Positions 34,777 through 46,851 of a DNA stretch of 64,000 nucleotides are shown here, one piece after another (positions within the stretch are counted from its first letter, which is position 1; every line of letters starts with the position of its first letter). Source of the stretch: Bugula neritina (lineage: Eukaryota; Animalia; Bryozoa); assembly GCA_964035545.1 (NCBI GenBank), contig OZ037771.1, positions 12,895,133 to 12,959,132 on the forward strand. The letters run 5' to 3'. The translations under genes and the position numbers were made by a program. The notes beneath the pieces are model-generated. The model saw only the letters and a list, made by a program, of their open reading frames with translations. It searched no databases and was not told where the DNA came from.

Positions 34777-35781
34777 ATACATTTTAATTAAACATTATTA
34801 TATTACTGCAGTGATCCAATTTGGGCTTGTAACTAATAGCATGGCGTGTTGTTACCAATGTGACATTGCAGTTTTCTCACTGCATGTTTGTAAGCTGCAC
34901 TTCATAATTAAAGGCTTATATTCAATGCTGCATGTTGGATGATTATATCTTCCATGTTTAAACTAAAAAGGAAAGTTGTTGAAACCGTTTTTCAAACACA
35001 GTGACTTGTGTTTTGATCAAGAGAAGATTTACTTTGGCCAGGTATATGATGTTATAAGGCATTCCATTCAAGGGATAATTACACTCTTGCTTTACCTTGT
35101 AATATAACGGAGGCTTTGCTAGGGAATATACTATTGCATAGGTTTGGTCTGTCAACATCCCAGATCACAATTGATATGTGTGAAGGATTTACTTATTTTT
35201 ATTAAAATTTATTTCATGTGTAACCTATCAGAATGGCCTATTTGCCCAGCTCTTGCATATATAATGTATAAAAAGCATGCCAAGTGAAGCTGCGCTTATA
35301 TTTTAGTGTACTAAAAATGCAACTGGTCCCAACAATGCAGATATCAACTTTGATTTTCTATATCCTAAAACTTACAGGACTTGATATATGCTAGCTTTGT
35401 TTCTTAGTTAGCTATTGATTTATTTTAGATGTTATCTCCCTTGGGAGTGTTCTTTAGTGACTAGTTTAGCATTCTATTAATCATCCGTGTGATTCACGCT
35501 GATGAAAGGAAGTGCAAGTATAGAGATAGAATCTCTACTAGTAGTTACAGAAGACAAGAATATTCCGGTAGACCCGGCTACTCATAGGTAACCAGGCAGA
35601 TGCTGCAAATGCTTGAAGCATGCTGTCCACGTTGCTTAGCTGCAAATTAGGAGCTTATTATGTTTCTTGGAAACTGAAAATCATAGTGTTATAACTACTG
35701 CGTACATAAATCAAATTTTGCATGTCTGAAGATATATACGAATAATATCAACTAATTTTCTCAAGAGATGAATATAATAAG

Positions 35782-35783
<2 letters not shown>

Positions 35784-35864
<81 letters not shown>
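35784..35864. repeat. (TA)n microsatellite
   Basis: About 40 perfect TA units. Confidence 0.98.
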
Positions 35865-35865
<1 letters not shown>

Positions 35866-37380
35866 CTAATTCCCCTTAAATTAGTCATGTATGCTATGAG
35901 AACAACAATTTAAAAGACAGTTATTAAGAAAAAAGCAATGAATACACAACAAGGAGAAAACATCTGGTACAAATTAAAGCATAGCAGACTATTGTAAATT
36001 TGATTTGAATTGTGGTTCAATGTAGTATAATTTGCATTAGCTACTATAAGTAAAACTATTTAACAAAGCCATAAAGGAAAAGAGAACACAGGTAAATAAC
36101 ACAAGCAATTATTGCAGAAATAATATGAATTGCCAATAAGGAATAATTTGTTATTTCAATTTGCGTTGCAGGATTTTCTACGTTACCGGGTTCACACTAT
36201 AATCATAAGCCCGAACTGTTATTATGTCCATATAGTTCACACCTATTCCAATGTGTCTTACTAATTGGTAAGACAACTTCGTTTGCAATTATGTTTGGCT
36301 CATTATTGGATTTATTGTACCTATGCACGTGCTGCAGGTGTCTGCTCGCATTAGCAGACTAACGGATAGTAACATCTTGGTACTGTGATTGTTACGACTT
36401 TTTAACGGCTGCAATCATAATCATTAGATTTAGTGACAGTATATTTTAGTCTTTCTACTGATTGTTTCATTTCTCACCAATACTCAAGCTATATTTCTTA
36501 GTTTTTATTTTTTATCATTAACTTCAAGTCATCGCTGCTAAGTGTGTACGATGACCATCAGGCATAATGGCATGATCATCATCATGATATTGATTATCAC
36601 TTGATTATCATTATGATTATGATAATCATAATGCTAATTATGATTATCATTATAATAATGTTCATAATTCATATTCATATTGATGTTTATAATATAATGA
36701 TAATGGTAGTCATAGCGATAATCCTAATAAAATGATGAGGAACGTCATTATTGTTAAACTTTAAGTTAATAATAATAATATTAATAATAATAGCTGTGAT
36801 ACAACCAATATAATATTAATTAATATTATTATGATATTCATTTCCAACTCCATTATATTTTGTATTCAAATTGAAGTTCTTAGAGGTAGTATTAGTATTA
36901 CTATTAGTATTACTATTATTATAAGGTGTAAGATAATGCTGTTACTATTAGTATTAGTATTTACTATAACTTACTTCTTCTACTAGGTACTAATGAAATA
37001 AAGTTTAATTAGCTCACCATAACGATAAGTATAAGTATATATTTGTAATAATATTGCCATTGGATAGTAATAACAAATTTTACTATTAATAATTTATAAT
37101 TAATTTTACTGTTGTGACTGTGTAGTACTCACATGCAAGAACATTATAAGAGAGAAACTCTAAAATAGCTGACAAAGGCAAATATGGATAGTATGTAGTT
37201 ATATATAGTTGTAATTATTTGTATAATCTTGGCTTTATTTGAAAATTTAGAACCAGAAATGAGCAGTTACATAATGATAGTTAATAATGAAATCCTATTC
37301 AATTAGGTATATGTATTATCAAACTGCATATTTCTATTGTTTCAGACAGATGTGTCTTGTAAAGTGACATCAGAATTAAT

Positions 37381-39014
37381 ATGGAGTCAATCTGGCCCAA
37401 GTCACCAGTCTTTACTCTGGTTGTTTTCTATTATATTACTATATCTCAAGTCTCTGGTAATTATCAATAAGTATATAATATGATCAATAGCCAGATTTAC
37501 AATTCTTCTATCTGCTATATATAACATTTTTTTGATAAATGCTGACTCACTAATGGCTGCATTTGTAAAATATATAGCTATAAAACTAGCACTAAGTTTG
37601 CACAAATAATGAAACATTTGTGTGTGGCTAAACAGCAGCCCATATAAATCTAATCAGCATTGTTTGGCATTGATGAGTTCCTGAGTGTCATGCACCAAAA
37701 ATCTTTATGCTAAGATGGCCTCGTAAAAGTTTTTCTAAGCAAAAACATGGAAAAACTATAGATTAGGTTAAACCAAGTCTAGTACAAAAGGCTACATAGC
37801 TGGTTTATATAAAATTAATTTAGAGTTTATATTATCTAACTAATTAGCATAAAATATTTATGACAGGCTTATCTTACATAAGATTAAACCCTAATTATTA
37901 ATTATTACTGTATAACTATACATGCAAGGGAGCAGCCTAGTAAGCACGAAGTCATGGGTTCGAGCTCTGACAAAGGCCATTGGTGATGTTAGGAAGAGCA
38001 TCCAGTCATAATTGCTCCTGTTCTCCATCGGAATAAGTCCTTAGCCCAATTTAACAAAAACCCCTTCCATCAGGGGTTTTCTCACAGGGATGGTGACTAT
38101 AAACTTGCGCGAGTTACTGTATAACTACATTCCCGGTATATTTGCTCGATTATTCTTCATGACATAACTTTGATAAAATGTGTTGTAGATGTAAATGGTC
38201 TGACATGCAAAGTTTGCCAAGGTTTTCAGACCTCGGAATGCTACCACAATTCTTCCTCATCAGACTTTGATCGTGTTTGTAATGCAAACCATAATAAAAG
38301 TGTTTGTATACGAAGATATGTCTCATTTGAACGTGATCCAACTGCTGATTCTATTTTAAGGTGCTAATATTTACTTCAATTATATGTTCGTTGCTTTTCC
38401 TTTATATATAAAACTAGTAAAATATGAATGAACACACCTAAATAATCAAGGTTCTTCTTAATTTTGCTTGATTTCCCATGTTTTTTCTAATTATTCAGCT
38501 ACTTTTGATTTCGGAGAGCTATGGTTTTTTCATAACACCCTGCAATCAAAAGTAGCTGAATAATTAGGAAAAAACATGGGAAATCAAGCAAAATTAAGAA
38601 AAACCTTGATTATTTAGGTGTGTTCATTCATATTTTACTAGTTGTGGGCACAACCCATGTTCTTTAACAACTAAATTGTAAAAACGTAGCTAAAAACTGA
38701 AGATTTTCAGTGTGTACTAAATTAAGTAAAATGACTCCTTATTCATTTATAATAAATTTGTCAGTTTTATCACATCCTTTGAGTTTTCTTATAGAGAATG
38801 CGGAGAAAAATTTGACGATGGATGTGCAATATTGAGAAATATTCTTGGATTCAAAGAAATAACGTGTGTTTGCTCCAAAGAGCTGTGTAATAATGGAAAT
38901 GCAATAATTTTGAAAAGTAGATATGTTAATAGCAGTGAAGTACTTTTGTCTAGTAAGATCATGTTGCTTTTATTGACTGCTGCAACAACTGTTTTTGTTG
39001 TGGTCAATGTTTAA
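37381..39014 (+). CDS. Ly6/uPAR three-finger (quiver/sleepless-like) GPI-anchored protein, copy C
   Basis: Exons 37381-37456, 38189-38360, 38795-39014. MESIWPKSPVFTLVVFYYITISQVSDVNGLTCKVC...ECY...VC...VC...REC...GC...TCVCSKELCN...SSKIMLLLLTAATTVFVVVNV. Same intron phases (1, 2) as copies A and B. Confidence 0.9.
37928..38115 (+). mobile_element. tRNA-derived SINE in intron 1 of LU copy C
   Basis: B box GGTTCGAGCTC and body matching the 8998-9214 copy; flanking direct repeat ttactgtataacta at 37905-37918 and 38114-38127 (TSD-like). Confidence 0.85.
38412..38643. repeat. Near-perfect long inverted repeat (MITE-like) in intron 2 of LU copy C
   Basis: aactagtaaaatatgaatgaacacacctaaataatcaagg...cagctacttttgatt and its reverse complement; arms of ~95 bp. 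Confidence 0.9.
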
Positions 39015-41672
39015 TGTGTATAAATCGTATACAGTATGCAGTATAAAATATGTAATGATTTTTTAGTTGAACTGGTATTTGTTTATTTTTGTTCATTATG
39101 CATGCTGGAACTATTTTTTAAATTAATTTTTCTGGGGCTAAATTTTATGCCTTTTTGTTTTTTGGCCAAGTAAACAATTAAGGTTGTTATTATATATAGC
39201 TGTTAATTGTAATATTATGCTTTGGTTGTTAGTGTTAGGGAAAATATTAGTGTAATAATCAAACTCGGTACATCTTATCAACATGAATGCATTATATGTG
39301 CTACATCAGTTTTTATTAAAAATGTTTAAAAGAAATTGCGAAAAAGTGATGAGCAGCCATTAAGGCTGGATGTTGAACATTTTCCTAATATCATTATATT
39401 TTTGTTGCATGTAGTTTCAATCAGAATATATGACTGTTTCATCAACTCAATAGTCACCTATTGTGCTAAACATGCCTTTGTAGTTGCATGTGTTATTTTA
39501 TGCAGCTTTTTCAAGGCAGTGAGAGTTTTAATTTTTTTTATTACAAAAATTCACTAGTAATGTTTTTTAACCATGTTTTTAGGGCTAAACTTGATGCAGC
39601 AGCGCTACATTGGTCTTTAGATGTAACTATTAACTTCTAAACCTTAAATCAATTTTTTTCTGATACTACTATGCTAATGGATCAAACTTTCTAATTACCA
39701 TATTTATCTTGAAAACATTGCATAAATTAATTGTACACATGTTGCTCATATGGTAAAACTATGAATTTATACTGCAGCACCATTACTAGCAACTGGCAAG
39801 GCAAAAAACATTAATTTTTTAGGCAACTGTATTATTTAGGTACAATGAGGGATAAATAATTTAAACTGTAATTTTGACTTTTTATTCAAGGCCTCATACG
39901 TTTTCTATAAATGTGTTAATTGGTAGAAAACCTAAAGGTACGAGTACATCACTGATGGTGATAGCACAAGCTCTGAAAACGGCTAGATTATGTTAAAGTT
40001 TTTCACCTTAAAAATTTTATAACGGAATTAATTGTCAAATCATTAGAAAACATGATGTAACAATTAAAAGCTTCCAGAAAAATGAAAGTTTTTCTCAACC
40101 AACCACATAATATTCTGAGCAAGATTTTGATGCAAACAATAATGTTACCTATATTAACTAAAAGTTTATATTAGGCCTACAGCCTGCAATCCATGCTCAG
40201 CTTATTATGTGCTGAAGCCTTGGTACTTTCAGTAAAAATGGTATTTTAATGAACTGCATGTAAATACAGTGAGAGATTTCCACAATAATTTGTTTTCTCC
40301 AACCCAAAAATATTTTTGAGAATACAAATATATATTTTAGCCATTATTAGTTTTCATATTAAAGAACTCAACATAAATAGTGTGCCAGACACATATGCGC
40401 AACCAGAATTCTGATTGAGTAGAGCAGCTTTACCCAAGTTTTGCTAATTGATAGGATAACTCCATATGACACCCATGAGTAATTAGTGCAATGTTGTAGG
40501 TTATGCAATGTGTATGCCACATGCGCGTGCGCACCACATTAGCAGACTGGCTAATATTTAAACATTTCTTCCTGACTACTCCTAAACTTAGAGTTGGTGA
40601 GATGTAACTGTAGGTGTAACCATCTGGCATCTCATTTCTGCAGTGACTTGATAACTCTTTACTCTCTGTAATCATTACTCTCCAAATAATAGAAGTCACT
40701 GTGAAAAATATAATTATTACTTTTAGAATTAGTAATACTGAGAGTGAGTATGACTATAACATAACAGATAACTATAAGTATTACTATTACAGTATTAGAA
40801 TTGCTACTTAAAGTACTAGTACTACTAGTAGTAGTAGTACTATACTAAGAAATGCAACTATAACACTAATAGTAATAGTAATAATATATTTTCATATTTT
40901 GGTATTAATAATTATTTTGATTTTTAATTAAATATAATATATATAATTTACATGTTGATAATCGAATTCGATCCTCATCTTGTCATTGATGATTGTCAAT
41001 GTCACTCAATGTGGATCATCGAACGTTTTTCATTATTTAAATATTGTAATGATCATGATAAATATAATCACTAATATAATGATTAGAATAATAAAAACTA
41101 TAATAGTATTACTATCAAGTATTAATACTTATTGGTCATTTGTGAATAGAAAAGAAACAAATTGTTTCAGTAGCTCACCTTAGTTTCTCATGATTATATT
41201 AACTATGATAGTGAAGACCTAATAATCATAATGGCCATACTTTATATTTATATTGCATGATGTCTATGTTGAATAATTATATGCTAGCAGTAGTGATGGT
41301 AGTGGTGATCACGATGATAGAGCTGGCTGTGGTGGTGACGGTGGGGTATTAGTAGCAGTAGCATGCTTGTGTTCGGGTCTGTCTTCGAGTGTGCGTGCGT
41401 GCGTTTGTGTGAAGCAGTGATGGTGGCGTTGATCATGGTGGTAGTAGTGGTTATGGTAGTGGTAACGGTGGCAGATATGGTAGTGGCAGCAGTAGAGCTG
41501 TGTGCATGCTTAGTGTGTAACATTAATTATATTCTTTAGAAGTTTTAGAGAGGAGATTATTGGTTCTATAATTATAGGTAAACAATGCTACAATAAGGCC
41601 AACTAATATTTAAATGTCATATTTCAATTGTTTCAGAAAGATGTGTCTAGTATGAGTTATCTCAGAATTAGG

Positions 41673-43468
41673 ATGAAATCGATTTGGCCCAAGTCACCAG
41701 CCTTTACTCTGGTTGCTTTCTGTTATGTTGCTATATCTCAAGTATTCCTAATATCTGGTAATTATCAATAAGTATGTACATATGTATGTATGTATATATC
41801 AGGGTTGGGGTAATTGTAATTTGTAATGGTAATTGGTTGTAATTAATTACATTTTTTCAAGTAATTGAATGTAATTTGTAATTGATGTATAAAAATTTAA
41901 TTGTAATTGTAACTAATTACATATCTAATGCGATCGATTTTTACAATTACTTTATAACTACATGTCATGCAATTGCTTCAAACTTTTAAATCTTAAAAAA
42001 TTCACGATTTTGCTACGATGTCTACTGTTTAATAACAAGTTCAAATTAATCCAATGTAGTATATTATAGATTTAAAAACAAGCGCCTGTAGGCGAACAGC
42101 TAATAAATTTTTCACCTACAACAAATTTTCAAGTATGTGGACTGAAAAGTGCTTCGATGCAACTGTTTCCATAGGGCGAATGAGAAAATCTATTCGCATA
42201 ATGCGATAATGGAAACGCAGTGATTGTATAATTACACACTACTAATTCACTATACTTTTCCATTTGATTATTCTTCTACAGAGCTGCACATAACTGCCAT
42301 CAAATTTGTTGTAGGAGTCCATAGTTTGACATGCAAAGCTTGCAATGGCCTAGTGAACTCCGAATGCTACAGCAATTCTTCATTATCAGACTTTGATACT
42401 GCTTGTCCTCCAGTTACAAGCCCTGTTTGTTCACGTTTATATCTTTCATATAACAAGGAACCAAGCTCTAATTTTGTTTCAAGGTGCTGATATTTACTTC
42501 AACTATGTGTTTATATAGCCTTTACTATACATAAAGTGCCCATATTTAATAATAGCTAAATTCTTTTAATAAAAGTTTGGTTGAAGGAAGAGGGGATCTA
42601 GGCAGACTGTAGGTTTTCCTTCAATTCATGCTTGCAACATAAAGGCTTATGGCCCACTCAGACTACAACAAAAAATTACCATTTATCACTGCTGTTCATG
42701 CAGCAGATGTATTCATCTCTCATGATATCAACTTTGTTTGGTTTTAGAAAGAATCAGCTAGCTTTAGCTATATAACCTATTTTGTTGACTGTTCAAATAC
42801 TTAATAATTGAATGTTTCTGAAAAATAATTACCCCAACTATTAATTCTATAGCCTTACTTATAGAGCTGATACATAACTGATTTGAGTAGATTAAACTTA
42901 ACATGCGCATTTGCTAAATTTACATTACTCGAGTTTTTCGTGACAAAATTGCTTTTTGTGTGTAGTAGAATAATTTTCCCCTCCAGTGGAGAACATAATA
43001 TTAAATATTTCTGCTTTTTCTTTATTTTTAAAGTTTATAGAACTTCCTCATAGCTTAAAGCTGGTCATAAATACGTTATATTCCGATACGCTGAAGTCAG
43101 CTATAATTAAATAGATAATATTTGTAAGAAAGGGTATACATGTTACTAATTTGCCAATTCATCCATATTATGTTCAAACATTTGCTTATAATAATCTTGT
43201 TAGTTTCACTCCAATTACATCTTTTGAGTTTTCTAGAACTTGTGAACGAAGATATAGCGATGGATGTATGGTAATAAATGATTATCTTGGGTTCCGGCAA
43301 ATCAGGTGCACCTGCTCCGAAGATTTGTGTAATGAAGGAAATGAAATGTTAAATTTATTATATCCTATAAATGAAGTGTGTAGTGGCAGTGAAGTAATTT
43401 TGTCTAGTAAGATCAAGTTGCTTTTATTGACTGCTACAACAGCTGTTATTTTTGCGGTCAATGTTTAA
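41673..43468 (+). CDS. Ly6/uPAR three-finger (quiver/sleepless-like) GPI-anchored protein, copy D
   Basis: Exons 41673-41757 (alternative in-frame ATG at 41652), 42315-42483, 43237-43468. MKSIWPKSPAFTLVAFCYVAISQVFLISGVHSLTCKAC...RCTCSEDLCN...SSKIKLLLLTATTAVIFAVNV. Confidence 0.9.
41800..41970. mobile_element. Probable DNA-transposon end with gtaatt subterminal repeats
   Basis: cagggttggggtaattgtaatttgtaatggtaatt...; the other end was not identified. Confidence 0.45.
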
Positions 43469-43939
43469 TAATGTGTATAAATTATAATTTATATTTAGTA
43501 TGATGAAATTTTAGTTAAAATTTACAAGGTATGTTGATTTGTTAATATTTCTTTATCTTCATCATTCTAATGCTAATTTGTTTTCAGTTTATTCTCATGA
43601 TACATGCTTTTGCTTTAATTTTTTGTCGAATAAATAAAATTTGTATATTTTGAAATAAATTGGACTGATGGTTTAAGCTGTTGGAGAAAATCTGTATTTG
43701 TATTTAACGAATAATTTTTTACTTCATATATACATTTGTCTTTATGAAATAATGTTAATAAGCTGCTGCGCATATGCTTTAATTGAACAAAAATGTGATG
43801 CTTCACGGGTGTTTTATTATACAATCAATTCCTGCATAATATAATTGTACTATACTCAGCACTGATAAAGTGTTGCCTAGGAATAAGTTTAGAAAATCAC
43901 AACAGAAATGAAGAGATAATGATAGAGGCTAATATATGC

Positions 43940-44210
43940 CAATCAGAGACGTCTTGAGAAAAAAAAGGCTGGAGTGGTAAGGCCATGTTTGAAAGATGAG
44001 GATATCAGGAGAGTATCTGAAACAAGGGTAGAGGGAAGCAGAGGGCGTGGTCAGCCGAAACAACGGTGGAGCGACACAATCAAAGCTGATCTCTGCTGGC
44101 TAGATCTAAACCAGAATGACACAAGTGACTGAGTGAGATGGAAAGTCTGGTTCACCTTGGGGTTAGGCAAAAGCCCGCCACTCGATCAGGATATGGCGGA
44201 GAAAGGTGAA
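43940..44210 (+). mobile_element. RTE-like LINE 3' fragment
   Basis: Translates as RLEW*GHV...VEGSRGRGQPKQRWSDTIKADL, the typical RTE C-terminal motif. Confidence 0.75.
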
Positions 44211-44819
44211 AAATTCTCAGCACTGATTAACCCAGTCTGCAGGCTAAAACAATTTGTCTTTGAATTGAAAATGTATAAGATTCAAAATTAGGCTTTAATA
44301 ATTACAACTTATATGAAATTTTTATATTGCCTTCCTTTTCTTAGTTTTATAAAAGAAAGGCAATAAACATGCTTATAACAATAACTCATATACATTGCAT
44401 AACTTGTATATATCTGGCTTTGTGTAATGAGTGATGTAATGTAATGTAATGTAATAGAGAGTGAAATCAGTATATACATGAGACAGTAGCTATTTTACTG
44501 AAAGCTTTTTATAGCTTTTTCTCTGGAACCTTGTATAGTAAATATGCTATAATATTTTATAAGCCAAGATTCTGCAATCCATACGCCCAGCTTCACAATT
44601 TACTGACCCAGTAGTATAGCACCGATCCAAACTATAAAGACTTCAGGCTAGAAATAAGTGCAGCTGCATATACCCTTGGTAAACATTATAGCCTATTATG
44701 TTCTGAAGTATTTGTATTTTTAATAACAAATAGTATTTTCATTAGCTGTCGATATAGTAAGACAACTCCACGTTGTTTTTAAAATCTAAAACATGTTTTT
44801 GAGGCCATAGAATAGACTG

Positions 44820-45816
44820 CAGGGCTGTCCAACAAGCAGCCCCAAAGCTGGATGGGGGGGGCAGCTTACATTTATATGGCCCTCAAGGGCGTAACAAATA
44901 ATATTATTTTTTACACATCTATGAATTAGAGTAAAAAACACCTTTTAAAAGTTTTCATTATATACATACATTTTACCAAAATACGCAGCTTGCTGTAACC
45001 ATTATATGACTTTATTACGTAATGGTTCATAAGAATTTATAATAAAGGTATTTTGAAAATGCTGTGGCCCCCAGCTTAAACCAACTTTTACAATCACCGG
45101 CTTTCCATGTACCGATCTCAGATCGATCTCAGCGAGATCGATCCATGGAAAGACGCCAAAGATCGATCTGAGAAGTAGAAAAAGACTGCTCGCTACAATG
45201 TTGTCTGCTAATAAAAATGATAACTTATTGATAATTACTAAGCAAAGTATTAAATAATTATGATAGCCACCTTTTCAGATGCCAAAACTTTGACTTTCAG
45301 TACAATGATTAAGAAAACTCAATTATATGCAGTAAAAGGTGAAAAAATGGGAGAATTTAAATTGAATTTAAATGACTATTAAAACTTAGTTTCATTAGCT
45401 ATTTTCTTTGTAATTTTAAGCCTAACAGTCCTGTAAGTTTATTAATAATCTGCAAGACAGCCATTAATTTTATATAAGCTGTCAAGCTAAAAAATTATCA
45501 TTAATTATTTTAAATTGGCCAAATTACTACTATACACTGAAAGCTTTGCTGCGTATAGTTTATAGCTGGGATTAAATTTTAGACTACAACCATCTTGTTT
45601 TCAACAGTAGAAGCTTTAATCACTCAAATAGGTGAACAAATTATACTTTTAATCGATCTGACACTCTCATGGAAAAACGATCGATCTGAGCACATGTTTC
45701 AGATCGATCTCAGCGAGATCGATCTGAGATCGGTACATGGAAAGCCCGTGATTGTGGCCCTCGCCACCTAACTCTTCCCTTTCAGTGGCCCTCGGTCTCA
45801 AAAGGTTGGACACCCC
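44820..45816. mobile_element. hAT-like non-autonomous element containing a nested MITE
   Basis: Ends cagggctgtccaac ... gttggacacccc, with tggccc subterminal motifs. Confidence 0.6.
45091..45754. mobile_element. Nested TIR element with gatc-rich inverted termini
   Basis: caatcaccggctttccatgtaccgatctcagatcgatctc ... gagatcgatctgagatcggtacatggaaagcccgtgattg. Confidence 0.85.
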
Positions 45817-46851
45817 CCCCTCCATGTCCTACAGCCTCAATGTAGAGAACACAACTCCAGGAGTAGAGCTACTTAACGAATAATCAGTTTACACAGCGAA
45901 AAAATCAACACAAGGATAGTGACTATGATTTAGTTGTTTATTAGTAACATCCTTAACAACAGTTAAAATATAACAATTTTAAGAATACAAAAAATATGTT
46001 CCAGTATATGTATGAGTGTGTTGGTCATGGGTAAGAATTTGTGTAGTCTGCAATAATATCACGTGCCAATAAAGTACTGCCTAAACATAATATATATTCA
46101 TATATAAATAAGTCAACTTCTGCAGTTTATCCTTAAAATCATCAATCATAGTATAAAATATATATAGTATATATTGCTGCAGCAATTTAGTTAAGAGGCA
46201 GCAGACTGTACGTCATACGCTGCCTCTCTCGTGGTATAGACTTATCGATTATGCATGTATACAACGAAGCCTATCCTCAAAGATAATGAAATAAAAGCTT
46301 TACAAGCACCATAGAAAATAAACCAGTAATAAGTAGTGTAACAAGGCAGAGAGTTATGTCCCCTGACGCCTGTCTGAGTAACGAAATGTGTAATCATTGA
46401 TAAAATGACTTGTAGTTTGAGGAGAGCCTAGCTGCGCAGTTGGGTGGTTCAAGCACCACCACGTCCTCTTACTAAGTGGAAACAGGGACCTAAGACTAAG
46501 ATTTAGCAGCTACCATTAGAGTGTCAAGCTCACAGAGCGAGACGTGTCAATAAAGAGAAAGGTGGGAGGGGTAGTTGAGAAAACAGGAAATTCCTAACTC
46601 TATTTGGTAACGTTGCCGCTAGCTATATGGCTCTCCTCGTCACTGCAACTCGAAAAAACTTGAATAGCTACATTTATAAATTATATCGTACAACATCAGT
46701 GACACGATGAGATAAAACAAGACATAAATCTGTAAAAAGTTATCGCTATAATATAAATACTGACACAGGAAGTGTGCTATATACATGTACAATAAGAAAC
46801 TACTCTACTGTTAACATATCTAATAGGTGTTAGTCAGGCGGTCAAGTAAGA

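Noticed and set aside
41284-41523. Thr/His-rich ORF
   Set aside because: Low-complexity (GGT/AGT)n sequence upstream of LU copy D.
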